Assembly: GCA_039024555.1 (NCBI GenBank)
Contig: JBCCQQ010000020.1
Coordinates: 1-64,000 of the forward strand
DNA length: 64,000 nucleotides
Direction of reading: 5' to 3'
Source of the DNA: Cyanobacteria bacterium P01_D01_bin.156
GTDB taxonomy: Bacteria; Cyanobacteriota; Cyanobacteriia; Phormidesmidales; Phormidesmidaceae
In this document: one piece after another, positions 1 through 8,242 of the stretch
How positions within the stretch are numbered: the stretch's first letter is position 1
Layout: the number at the start of each line of letters is the position of its first letter
Translations under genes and position numbers: made by a program
The notes under the pieces: generated by a model
Seen by the model: only the letters and a program-made list of their open reading frames with translations
Database searches by the model: none
Told to the model about the DNA's origin: nothing

Positions 1-221
1 ACAGCCAAATCAACTATCCATCCATAGTAATATCCATCGTCAACTGTTCTACCTACACCAACCAATTCATCACTGATATAAGCAAAGCGTTTAAAGGAGC
101 TTCTTTCGAATGAAAGTTTAACTTGTTCCGAAAGCCTTTCTCCCCATCCGACAGCTTTGAATATATCGGACACTTCCTTCCAGTTTATAGTTTCTATTGA
201 AGTTGTATATCTGACATGCAT
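1..221 (-). CDS. GNAT family N-acetyltransferase (5' part; runs off the window), candidate first cassette gene
   Basis: Not in the ORF track. Manual translation from ATG at 221 gives MHVRYTTSIETINWKEVSDIFKAVGWGERLSEQVKLSFERSSFKRFAYISDELVGVGRTVDDGYYYGWIVDLA, a typical GNAT N-terminus. The ATG lies 16 nt downstream of GTTAGCT. Confidence 0.8.
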   Translation of the reverse strand, partial: MHVRYTTSIETINWKEVSDIFKAVGWGERLSEQVKLSFERSSFKRFAYISDELVGVGRTVDDGYYYGWIVDLA

Positions 222-237
222 GTCACTACTTTTTGCT

Positions 238-355
238 AGCTAACTCTTATTAGATCGACAGTTTCAGCATATCTGCGTCGAACAGGGTGACTATACTGAT
301 TGTTCGCAGTATATCTCGCTAAGTTGGGTAGATAGGCGGCGAACTGTCCCTATAG
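238..355 (-). repeat. Phased-dyad repeat element copy A ending in an attI-like simple site
   Basis: Minus strand reads ATCTAAT-AAGA-GTTAGCT (255-238). Upstream dyads include the perfect TATACTG-N8-CAGTATA (292-313); right half-sites are at 265, 307 and 348. Motifs are shared with 5302-5466 and 11664-11826. Confidence 0.6.
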
Positions 356-643
356 TACGCTTGCAATCCCCACCGCCGCTAGCCGATCGCGAATATCATC
401 TGCCGTGGCAAAGTCTCGCTGTTGTCAAGTCGTCTGGCGCTGCTGGATCCGGTCAGCGATCGCCGCTCTAAATCTATTTTGAGCCATCGCCACAGCCGTG
501 CAAGACATATCGATGGCCGTAACGTTGGGTGATTTCTCAGTTTTGAACAAGCGATCAATCAGGTCGCCTCCACCCAAGCCAATTTCCTGAATGTGTTGCT
601 CCGCCTACGCATTCAGAGCCTTGAGGGCGATGACATTCATCAT
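350..643 (-). pseudogene. Chimeric pseudogene: class I SAM methyltransferase N-terminal fragment fused in frame to a CysS-like C-terminal fragment
   Basis: One frame reads MMNVIALKALNA*AEQHIQEIGLGGGDLIDRLFKTEKSPNVTAIDMSCTAVAMAQNRFRAAIA then DRIQQRQTT*QQRDFATADDIRDRLAAVGIA. Stops at 605-607 and 425-427. The switch falls at GCGATCGC 456-463. Confidence 0.65.
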
Positions 644-669
644 GGTATGACAACACGCTGTCTATCTGG

Positions 670-1056
670 CTAATTTCGATCCTCAACGATATCGAGAATC
701 AATCCTGCGGGATCCCTGACCATAAAGTGAGTCTGCTGCCAGGGTTCCTCCTTAAGCGCAAAGTGAATATCAAGTTTCCGTTTCTGTGCCTCGACGTAGG
801 TATCTTTGGCATCCGCGACTTCAAACGACAGAACCATACCATCAGTGACTGCTTTGGCATGCAAAAATGGCGGTTGCGTTGCCAAGTTAGGCAACATGAA
901 TCCCAATTGAGCACCATTGTTTGTATTAACCAAATGCAAATAAAAGTCTGGATCGAAAAATGCTACTTGAAATCCGAAATTTTCTGTGTAGAAGGTCTGT
1001 TGGGCCTCTAGATTTTCACAGACATACAGCGGGTACATCAATTTGAACTGAATCAT
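670..1056 (-). CDS. VOC/glyoxalase-bleomycin resistance family protein
   Basis: FYTENFGF and EEPWQQTHFMVRDPAGLILDIVE motifs. Confidence 0.85.
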   Translation of the reverse strand: MIQFKLMYPLYVCENLEAQQTFYTENFGFQVAFFDPDFYLHLVNTNNGAQLGFMLPNLATQPPFLHAKAVTDGMVLSFEVADAKDTYVEAQKRKLDIHFALKEEPWQQTHFMVRDPAGLILDIVEDRN

Positions 1057-1100
1057 GTCACACCTCTATTGCTTGAAGATGTGATTACTTTAGCCAGGGC

Positions 1101-1919
1101 CTACGGCAATAAATTGTAGATTTCGGTCATGCGTCTGATTTGCCCTGGTGTCAACCCAGTCAGATTGCGTATCTCCTTGATTCTATGGGCTTCATCGTAA
1201 AATCCATCGTCCATTGCCAATGTATCGGGATTGAGTAACTCTCGCAGCGAGGCTTGTAAACGCATGATGCGTTGAATTTTCTTCGGGCCAAATCCGAATA
1301 AGGACTGCATGATGCGTCTGAATTGTCTGTCACTCAGGCCAAAATGTCTGGCAATCGCATTGACACCGACTTCACCAACAGATGTTTGCATGGCAGTCAA
1401 AACATTGCTGATATCCAATGTCTTAATTGGAGCGCGATCGTTGGGTGATTGCGCCAAGCGATCGGTTAGAAGTTGGTCTAGTTTGTTCGCTAATTCATTG
1501 TGGTGTTGCAGATTTTGAATTTCGCTTACTAGTTTTTGAATGCCGAGACTTTGGGTTGTGTGTTCACCTGGAGATAAGGACTGTATGAACGATAAATCTA
1601 GGCCAAAAAATGTTGGCATCTGCTCAGTTCTAAAACTGACTCCGATATAGCTGATAGGGCCTGTCAGTGGAATGCTGAATTTTTCAGGAGTGGGTAAATA
1701 CACAATTGAAAATGCATTGATGACGGGTGACATCACCAAGTCGGCTGCATTGTCTGGAATCACTTACAGTAAGGTCTCGCCATCCGCTACATCAAGCCAC
1801 CAATAGTAATGAATAAAGGTGCTTAAACGCTGCGATGGCAACGCACAGTGGCAGGTTAATTTGTCCGTACCAAGTTGATAGAGTTGTAGGGGAAGTGGTT
1901 TTTGGCTATCGATAAACAT
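1101..1919 (-). pseudogene. AraC-family regulator (DUF6597-like N-domain plus HTH) interrupted by an in-frame stop
   Basis: The frame opens at ATG 1919 (MFIDSQKP...FIHYYWWLDVADGETLL*VIPDN) with TAA at 1764-1766. C-terminal AraC HTH: GLSDRQFRR...GFYDEAHRIKEIRNLTGLTP. Confidence 0.8.
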
Positions 1920-1997
1920 GCCATTTACCTTACAACAGTTAACAATATCGATCTATTTGCTGATTGGCTAAAGAGATTGATGTTGTTTGAGGAGTAT

Positions 1998-2399
1998 CTA
2001 ATCAGGTGCCATCGCCGCAGATGGCTGCAGCGGTCTTTCATCGTAGGAAACCTCAGTATCCCCAGTGATGAACAGTAGCCTCGCTGCGGGTCTGGAAATT
2101 TGCCGATGCCACACCCCTTTCGGTACGACACACATGTCTCCGGCCGAGACGATACTCGTTTCTGGATCTGTCTCGTGCCATAGCGTGACTTCAACCGAAC
2201 CATCTAGCACGTACAGGAGTTCGTCTTGCGGATGGCATTCCCAAGGGGTCAGACCGGAAAAGTGGGTCACGCCAGCCATGAGTCCTTCGAAGTGGTCGAG
2301 GATGCGCAGTGCAGCTATCGCGTCCGCTTCAGTGGTGGCGATGGAAAGCTCCAGAAGAGGCAATTCACTTGCTACAGTTTTTGGATTGTGGATTTTCAT
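1998..2399 (-). CDS. Cupin domain protein
   Basis: WECHPQDELLYVLDG and GDMCVVPKGVWHR cupin motifs. Confidence 0.85.
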   Translation of the reverse strand: MKIHNPKTVASELPLLELSIATTEADAIAALRILDHFEGLMAGVTHFSGLTPWECHPQDELLYVLDGSVEVTLWHETDPETSIVSAGDMCVVPKGVWHRQISRPAARLLFITGDTEVSYDERPLQPSAAMAPD

Positions 2400-2444
2400 G
2401 TCTTCCTCTCTTATGACTTATTAGTTGATCAGGACTGCCTGGGT

Positions 2445-2987
2445 TCACCGCTTGGGTAACGTGATGTTGGTTTGCGCTGCAATGGTCTGGTAGAACTGAG
2501 CGATGTCACGGCGCGATCGCAAGTGATAAACCTGTTTTGTCGCCTTTGCGTGCTCCACATAGTCCCGGTATCTGGGGGTCAGTTTGGTATGGCACAGCCA
2601 GACGGTGTAATAACTGTTCAGTGTGCCTCGCAACAGTGGGCTGTTCTCCGGCCAACCAGCAGGCGGCACCCAGCCCCCTTTCAGAAATCGTTTCGTGACC
2701 CACCAGTAGTGCCGCAACACGGGCATATCGATATACACCAAAGTATCGGCCACTTCTAGTCGTTCCCATACGGTATCCAGGGAACCAAAACCATCCATAA
2801 CCCACTGGTTTTGTTGCAGCAGCGCAGTGTGGGCCGCTTTGAACTCGGCATGGGGCACTTCGTCACCACCGATTTTGTATTTCATAGCATCGAGCGGCAT
2901 CCAGGGTAGGCCGGTCATATCCGCTAGACGTTGGCTGAGGGTAGATTTTCCCCCACCCGCATTACCAAAGACAGCCACTTTTTTCAT
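2445..2987 (-). CDS. P-loop kinase, adenylate kinase/FlaR-like
   Basis: GNAGGGKST Walker A and WVMDG motif. Confidence 0.8.
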   Translation of the reverse strand: MKKVAVFGNAGGGKSTLSQRLADMTGLPWMPLDAMKYKIGGDEVPHAEFKAAHTALLQQNQWVMDGFGSLDTVWERLEVADTLVYIDMPVLRHYWWVTKRFLKGGWVPPAGWPENSPLLRGTLNSYYTVWLCHTKLTPRYRDYVEHAKATKQVYHLRSRRDIAQFYQTIAAQTNITLPKR

Positions 2988-3017
2988 GGGCCTTTCCTCC
3001 CTATATCTATTTTTCTT

Positions 3018-3350
3018 CTAATGCTCCTGAGATTGAGCACCCAACCAGTTCTCCTGAAACTCTCCTGACAGCACAAACTTCGGAAATGTATAGAACTGCT
3101 CGGTGTACAGGCGAGTTGCAAAATTCCAGCCACTGCGGAAGGGTTCTGGAGCCTGCACTTCTAGATCATGTCCTTTGCGCTGCAACCCCAGTGATGCCAC
3201 GGCTACGCCAACGCACGTCAAAGCTGGCAAGGGCTTGCGAGAAGAGATTGCGACGACCAATCCTAAATGAGCCAGGATAAACAAGGGAACGGCAACCAAA
3301 TGGAGTAGCAAATTAGTCCGGTGGGCATGGACTTGAGAATAGGGTTTCAT
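3018..3350 (-). CDS. Mpo1/DUF962-like small membrane protein
   Basis: YSQVHAHRTNLLLHLVAVP, QRKGHDLE and EQF motifs; hydrophobic segments. Confidence 0.65.
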   Translation of the reverse strand: MKPYSQVHAHRTNLLLHLVAVPLFILAHLGLVVAISSRKPLPALTCVGVAVASLGLQRKGHDLEVQAPEPFRSGWNFATRLYTEQFYTFPKFVLSGEFQENWLGAQSQEH

Positions 3351-3365
3351 AGCTCATTCCTTCTA

Positions 3366-3419
3366 TTATGTTAACACTGTCAACATAAGGTTAGCGTAGC
3401 AAGTTAACACTGTCAACTT
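3366..3419. promoter_or_regulatory. Tandem palindromic operators, probably bound by the adjacent TetR
   Basis: TTATGTTAACACTGTCAACATAA (3366-3388) and AAGTTAACACTGTCAACTT (3401-3419): two near-perfect palindromes sharing a 15-bp core, between divergent genes. Confidence 0.75.
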
Positions 3420-3459
3420 CTTGTGATACGGTGTTTGTATTTAGTAAGCCACTTCACCA

Positions 3460-4086
3460 ATGCCTAAAGCGCGCTCCAGGGCTACGTATCACCATGGCGA
3501 TTTACGACAAGCGTTGATTGAAGCAGCATTGGCAATCATTGTGGAAGACCGGGATGCTGCTAATGTCTCTCTGCGAGCAGTTGCCCGTCGAGTGGGGGTT
3601 TCCCAAACGGCTCCCTATCGCCACTTTGCTGACAAGGACGCTTTGTTAGCGGCTGTGGCGGAAGAGGGGTTTCAGCGGTTGGTGAAGGCTTTAGACGCCG
3701 ATGCTGGCTCCGGCCCACTCGCAAGGTTGCAGTCCAGTGGGGTAGCCTATGTAAAATTTGCGATCGCCCATCCTGCCCACTACCGGGTGATGTTTAGCAC
3801 CTTCCGAATAGAGCAAGGGAATGATTCATCACTGAACGCAGCGGCGGGGGAGGCGTTTGCCGTGATGGTGGATGCCATCTCCGCAGGGCAAGCAATGGGA
3901 GCAATACAACCTGGCCACCCTCGCCAGTTAGCCTGGATCACCTGGTCATTAGTTCACGGGTTGGCGCTTCTACTGATCGATCGTCAACTGCCAGTCGTCG
4001 ATGAGCAGGACATGTTATCCCTAGTCACCCTGGCAACCCAGAGTTTGGTTTATGGTCTTCAGAAACCAAACTCTGGGTTGCATTAA
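3460..4086 (+). CDS. TetR/AcrR family regulator (WHG-type C-domain)
   Basis: YHHGDLRQALI...SLRAVARRVGVSQTAPYRHF HTH; WSLVHG. Confidence 0.92.
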   Translation: MPKARSRATYHHGDLRQALIEAALAIIVEDRDAANVSLRAVARRVGVSQTAPYRHFADKDALLAAVAEEGFQRLVKALDADAGSGPLARLQSSGVAYVKFAIAHPAHYRVMFSTFRIEQGNDSSLNAAAGEAFAVMVDAISAGQAMGAIQPGHPRQLAWITWSLVHGLALLLIDRQLPVVDEQDMLSLVTLATQSLVYGLQKPNSGLH

Positions 4087-4153
4087 AAATAGTCTGTTGT
4101 TTGAGATGTTTTGCCCTAAAAGTTCTAGCGGTTGGTGAAACGTTATCTCTGCT

Positions 4154-4237
4154 GGCTAACGTGAAGCTGAGCGGCGGTCGGGATTTTAGCATCACTACCT
4201 AATTTCACGCTCCGTCCGCTCCTGCGCAGGGTTAGAC
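4154..4237 (-). mobile_element. attC-like integron cassette recombination site (best conserved copy)
   Basis: Minus strand GTCTAAC-cctgcgcaggagcggacgg...ccgccgctcagcttcac-GTTAGCC: R'' matches RYYYAAC, GAGCGG/CCGCTC inner stem, R' begins GTT; 84 bp. Confidence 0.75.
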
Positions 4238-4332
4238 AGCTTTCAGATGGTAAAAGTCCGCTAAAGCCATACACCTGCCTCAGCTTATAAATTTGTGCTC
4301 ACTTAGCATATTGTAACCAAAGCGAATTGGGG

Positions 4333-4767
4333 TTATTTACTCTGAACAGGGAAATAATCTGTATGGATACTATCGACAAAATGCGTTTGAGGGTCGAGAT
4401 TCTTTTCTTCTACTTCATATTGGTAGAGCATATACTTTGCTTTCTTTAGAAAAACTGTTTCTTTTTTCTTCACTTTTTCCCCGTCAACCTCGTATATGCC
4501 TGAATACTCATACCGACATATCCACCCTGTATTATCTATATAGTCTTCCTTGAGTTCACATGCCCCCGTCCCTTGTCCTTTTACAGTGAGAGCACTCATT
4601 GCTTGTTGAACTTCTCCTAGAAGCATATATTTTCTGATGCTTTTGGATAATGGTGGAGAGGGTTGATATTCGGGTGTATTGTATGCATTTATTCCAGTAA
4701 AAATATAAATTGATGCAAATGTTACACCGAAAATTGTGAGTACTATCTTGTAAAACGTAGAACTCAT
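4333..4767 (-). CDS. Hypothetical membrane-anchored protein (cassette-borne)
   Basis: 144-aa AT-rich ORF with an N-terminal TM helix, between GTTAGAC 5302-5308 and the attC at 4154-4237. Confidence 0.6.
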   Translation of the reverse strand: MSSTFYKIVLTIFGVTFASIYIFTGINAYNTPEYQPSPPLSKSIRKYMLLGEVQQAMSALTVKGQGTGACELKEDYIDNTGWICRYEYSGIYEVDGEKVKKKETVFLKKAKYMLYQYEVEEKNLDPQTHFVDSIHTDYFPVQSK

Positions 4768-4821
4768 AGTTCTTGTATGAGATGTTGAATGTGACTATCT
4801 TGTATTTCTGTAGATTTTTTG

Positions 4822-5100
4822 TCACCCAAGAGTTGAAAACTTGATTTCAGGCCAATCTTGAAACATTAATCCTTCTCGTTGTGCTTTAGCTATTATTTGT
4901 GATTGCACATTGAAAATCTCATCAAAAGTAGCCTTCTTCAGCGCTCTAGCAGCTTTAGTTACATCTGCCTCCTCTGGGATATGCTTCACATTGTTGAGAG
5001 TATAAGATCCTTTCGGAATCTTCAGAGCCTCTTCTATTGAGTGTTCGGGATGCCAAATCTCTAGATTCATACCTTGATTTTTGAAAATTATGTATGGCAC
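4822..5100 (-). CDS. Hypothetical protein, possibly the 3' remnant of a longer gene (cassette-borne)
   Basis: 92-aa ORF with GTG start; the upstream 200 bp has stop-interrupted frames. Confidence 0.4.
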   Translation of the reverse strand: MPYIIFKNQGMNLEIWHPEHSIEEALKIPKGSYTLNNVKHIPEEADVTKAARALKKATFDEIFNVQSQIIAKAQREGLMFQDWPEIKFSTLG

Positions 5101-5301
5101 ACGGAAAAGTCTTCGCTCGAAAGCCTAGCACTTCTACAGAAGCAGAAATTAACTTTTCTATCTTTCTCTAATATCTTGTATCAAGAATCGTTAAGACGCT
5201 CTTGTGGGTTCTGGATGGAAAATTAATAAAATTTCAAACATGAAGGTCTCTGTTCATTCATAAGCAGTGTGATGCAGTATTTTTTAGACTGGTTTATGGC
5301 G

Positions 5302-5466
5302 GTCTAACTACTTATTAGATCTACTTTTTCAGTCTATCTCCCCTTATCGGCATACTATACTGCAAACTTTCAGTCTATCCATCCAAATTGGCGTACTATA
5401 CTGCAAACTGTCCATATAGCATGCTCATATTAGGTAGATATATGGACAGTTTCAGTCTATCTCCCA
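5302..5466 (-). repeat. Phased-dyad repeat element copy B ending in an attI-like simple site
   Basis: Minus strand ATCTAAT-AAGTA-GTTAGAC (5320-5302). CAGTCTATC at 5330, 5371 and 5453; CTATACTGCAAACT at 5355 and 5396 (41-bp period). Perfect 14-bp inverted repeat at 5405-5418/5439-5452. Confidence 0.7.
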
Positions 5467-5476
5467 TCCAAGAGGA

Positions 5477-5933
5477 TTAAAAAGTAGAGTCTCGTTTATG
5501 AGCAAGCTGAGCTACAAATGCTTGATACATATCTGTTGTAATACTCTGTTGAACTTGAGTAAGCACAGTAGCTAAGTCACTTTTCAAAAGAGCATCTACC
5601 TGTAAATCCAATCCAGGAAATACCTTACTCCGAATAATCTCTTGTCCATCAGACAACAGCAGTACATAATCACCATCCTCTAACGAATACCAACTAATTT
5701 TCTTCTCAGCTACCTGCCAAACAACATACTCCTTTATCCCATTCCAGCGATAAACCGTTTTCTTCTCATACAAATCATAGGCCGCACTACTAGCTGCAAT
5801 TTCAACAATTAGCTCTGGAACCCCTTCCACATAGTCATCATCACTAATACGCGACTGCCCACCATAGGCTTCATAAATCCGCAGTAACGCATCTGGCTGT
5901 GGCTCATTATCTAGATCCAACCGTACTGTTGTG
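5477..5933 (-). pseudogene. 5'-truncated Uma2 (DUF820) endonuclease-fold gene, paralogue of 11828-12535
   Basis: Highly similar to the C-terminal ~150 aa of the intact copy (EPQPDALLRI, PELIVEIAASS); homology ends abruptly at ~5933. Confidence 0.85.
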
Positions 5934-6024
5934 CGTTAGAAAAGTAGCTCTCTGGCTGGTGGTCTGTTCTAGTTGTCTAGAATCTGTCTTGCCGTGTGGT
6001 CTAACTTATTATGTATTAAAGTAA

Positions 6025-6405
6025 CTATGGCTCACATTTTAGCAAAACAGTCTCTGAAAATTGTTGTTGTAATTCTGTTAGCGTTTCAGTGCTGGGAGCC
6101 TGACCAAAGGGATTACCCAGCTCAGCGGGAGTGGGAATTGTTGTCAGAATGGTTTGATCAATATCGGTTACCACGACGACCTGAGAAATCTTACGCTGAT
6201 TCGCCTGACTTTTTTGGTGCAGTTCAGCATAGGGCTGAACCACGGCGGTCTGCCACTGGGCGGGAGGACAATAACTTTGATCAATAATTACTGTTACCTC
6301 CGGTACCTGCACAGCGTAGCGTAAACCCAGGCCCAGGCCACCAAAGGCTAACCAGCCTAAACCTAGGGTACTTATCAAGCGCTTTGTCGGATTTTGTGGA
6401 GCCAT
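6025..6405 (-). CDS. Hypothetical membrane-anchored protein with a degenerate vWA-like domain
   Basis: TM helix followed by VTVIIDQSYC; translationally coupled to the upstream vWA gene. Confidence 0.65.
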   Translation of the reverse strand: MAPQNPTKRLISTLGLGWLAFGGLGLGLRYAVQVPEVTVIIDQSYCPPAQWQTAVVQPYAELHQKSQANQRKISQVVVVTDIDQTILTTIPTPAELGNPFGQAPSTETLTELQQQFSETVLLKCEP

Positions 6406-8153
6406 TACAGATTTACCTGGAATAAGTCCTTAAACAGGGTTTGCACATTTTCGGGATTGCCTTGCTTTACCGTTGATTCCCGCAAACTGGCAATGGCTTG
6501 GAGTTCCGATTCATTCACATTACCGTAGGCAATGGGATAGAAACGCACATCGCTGTATTGCATAATGTCTTTCACATCACGGAAAAGATTCCCTTGATTC
6601 ACCTCGCCATCGGAGAGTAATAACAGATAGAACCGACCATTGGGATCACTGGCGCGTTTTTCCATTAGATCCGCCAGAGCTACCATCACACCATCGTACA
6701 TAGCCGTTCCTCCATCGGCCTGGAGTTGATCAATGGCCGCCAACAGTTTTTTCTGCTGCAGTTCATCATAAGGTGTGAGTTCCAAACGGCGCACAGGCTG
6801 ATCGGCAAAGGTAACCAGACCCACCTGATTGCCCTGGTTAATTTGCTGACTGGCAATACGCAAACCTGCTTGTACCGCCTGTAGAGGTTCTCCATCCATG
6901 GAGCCGCTAGTGTCAATCACCATTTCCAGGTAAACGGTACGACCGCTATCTTTATTAATTTTCCAACTTGATTGTGCTGCTAAGAGAGTCTCTCCATCTG
7001 GGATGGGAGGATGGGACGCCTTCAGATAATCGGTACGTACAAACCCTTGAGCATTGGCTAGCTTTACCATGTCGGGAGATTGGGCAAAGGTGGCAAATTT
7101 TTGTAGGGCGGCAGCGATTTCTGGGTTGTTCCAGCCAAAGCCCACCAGTGGGTTGTTATGGGGAATGCCAAAGGGAATAAACTCGGTGGACTCAAACCCA
7201 GCTACTTGTTTAAGGGCCAGGTAGTTTTGATACTCCAGAGGAAATGCCTGTAGTTTGGTTTGGTCCCTGAGAAAGAGTTCTTGCAGCTCTAAGGTGGTGG
7301 GTGTAGTAATGAGTACCTGGGATTGAAACTGATCAAAGACTGAAGTTACTTGGGGCGTTTGCAGTTCGGCTTTGGTTAAAGTCTCTCCATCCTTTTGGTG
7401 ACCAGCTGCCCGCCAATAAAGGGTATATAGCAAGTTCAGCGCCGTCGAACTTTTGTAAGGGTTAGGGTAAGCGACACTGACCTGCCCCGCTGCGATCGCA
7501 TTGAGCAAACTATCAAAGGTCACATCACTATTGCCCTGAAGCTGCTGGTATACGTCGCCAGGGACCACCCATCCCGCAGTATTGGCCACCAGGCGCTCCG
7601 CCACAGGTGTGGTCTGAATTCCCTGACTCTGGATCATGGATACCCACAAATCATTAGAGGGACTGTAACCTGCCGGTTGGGCTACCCCTGCCCCCAGTAA
7701 GCGGGCGGCGGTTCCCGAAGCGATTTTACGGACACCAACCTGAATAACTTTTCCAGAACTACTCTTTTCTTGCCGCTGGTTAAAGGCATCGGCAACCTCA
7801 ACCAGCCATCGTTCATTTTGCCGATCAATATTGGCCTTTTCTGAAGAGCTATAGATTTCTAGATAAACCTGATCGGCTCTAGGTGAGGCTCCGTAGAGCG
7901 GGAAATCGTCAATGTTGGGTAGGGGTTCTGCAATTTGATCGACCGTGTAGCGACTGGCCAGTTCGTCGGAGACTAAATTGCTAGCCACATTGATTTTGGG
8001 CAGTACCTTCTTATTAAGGGCAGACTGGGCGGTTTCTAAGGAGGTGACTTGGGTTTGACAGCCTCCTAAACCCAGCCCCAGGGTAACTAGCAACCCTAAT
8101 ACAACGCTCAACAGTTGACGATAGGTGCGGTTCGGAATAAGTCTTTTAAGCAT
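6405..8153 (-). CDS. Lipoprotein with substrate-binding-like domain and C-terminal vWA domain
   Basis: Lipobox-like LGGC; MIDAS motif IDTSGSM...GGTAMYD...LLSDG. Confidence 0.85.
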   Translation of the reverse strand: MLKRLIPNRTYRQLLSVVLGLLVTLGLGLGGCQTQVTSLETAQSALNKKVLPKINVASNLVSDELASRYTVDQIAEPLPNIDDFPLYGASPRADQVYLEIYSSSEKANIDRQNERWLVEVADAFNQRQEKSSSGKVIQVGVRKIASGTAARLLGAGVAQPAGYSPSNDLWVSMIQSQGIQTTPVAERLVANTAGWVVPGDVYQQLQGNSDVTFDSLLNAIAAGQVSVAYPNPYKSSTALNLLYTLYWRAAGHQKDGETLTKAELQTPQVTSVFDQFQSQVLITTPTTLELQELFLRDQTKLQAFPLEYQNYLALKQVAGFESTEFIPFGIPHNNPLVGFGWNNPEIAAALQKFATFAQSPDMVKLANAQGFVRTDYLKASHPPIPDGETLLAAQSSWKINKDSGRTVYLEMVIDTSGSMDGEPLQAVQAGLRIASQQINQGNQVGLVTFADQPVRRLELTPYDELQQKKLLAAIDQLQADGGTAMYDGVMVALADLMEKRASDPNGRFYLLLLSDGEVNQGNLFRDVKDIMQYSDVRFYPIAYGNVNESELQAIASLRESTVKQGNPENVQTLFKDLFQVNL

Positions 8154-8242
8154 CGAGATTATAAGCGGGCTAAACAGTTCTGAGGGGTAGCTGCAGTATG
8201 GTCTTGGATAAAGCCCCTGATTGAGGCTATGCGTTGCACAGA

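Noticed and set aside
5321..5466. 41-bp periodic repeats as a CRISPR array
   Set aside because: The repeats are degenerate, the variable parts are only ~15 bp, there are few units and no cas genes are present
5995..6022. dif/Xer site (TTATTATGTATTAAAG resembles a XerD arm)
   Set aside because: It needs an insertion to match TTATGTTAAAT and has no proper XerC arm at 6-bp spacing
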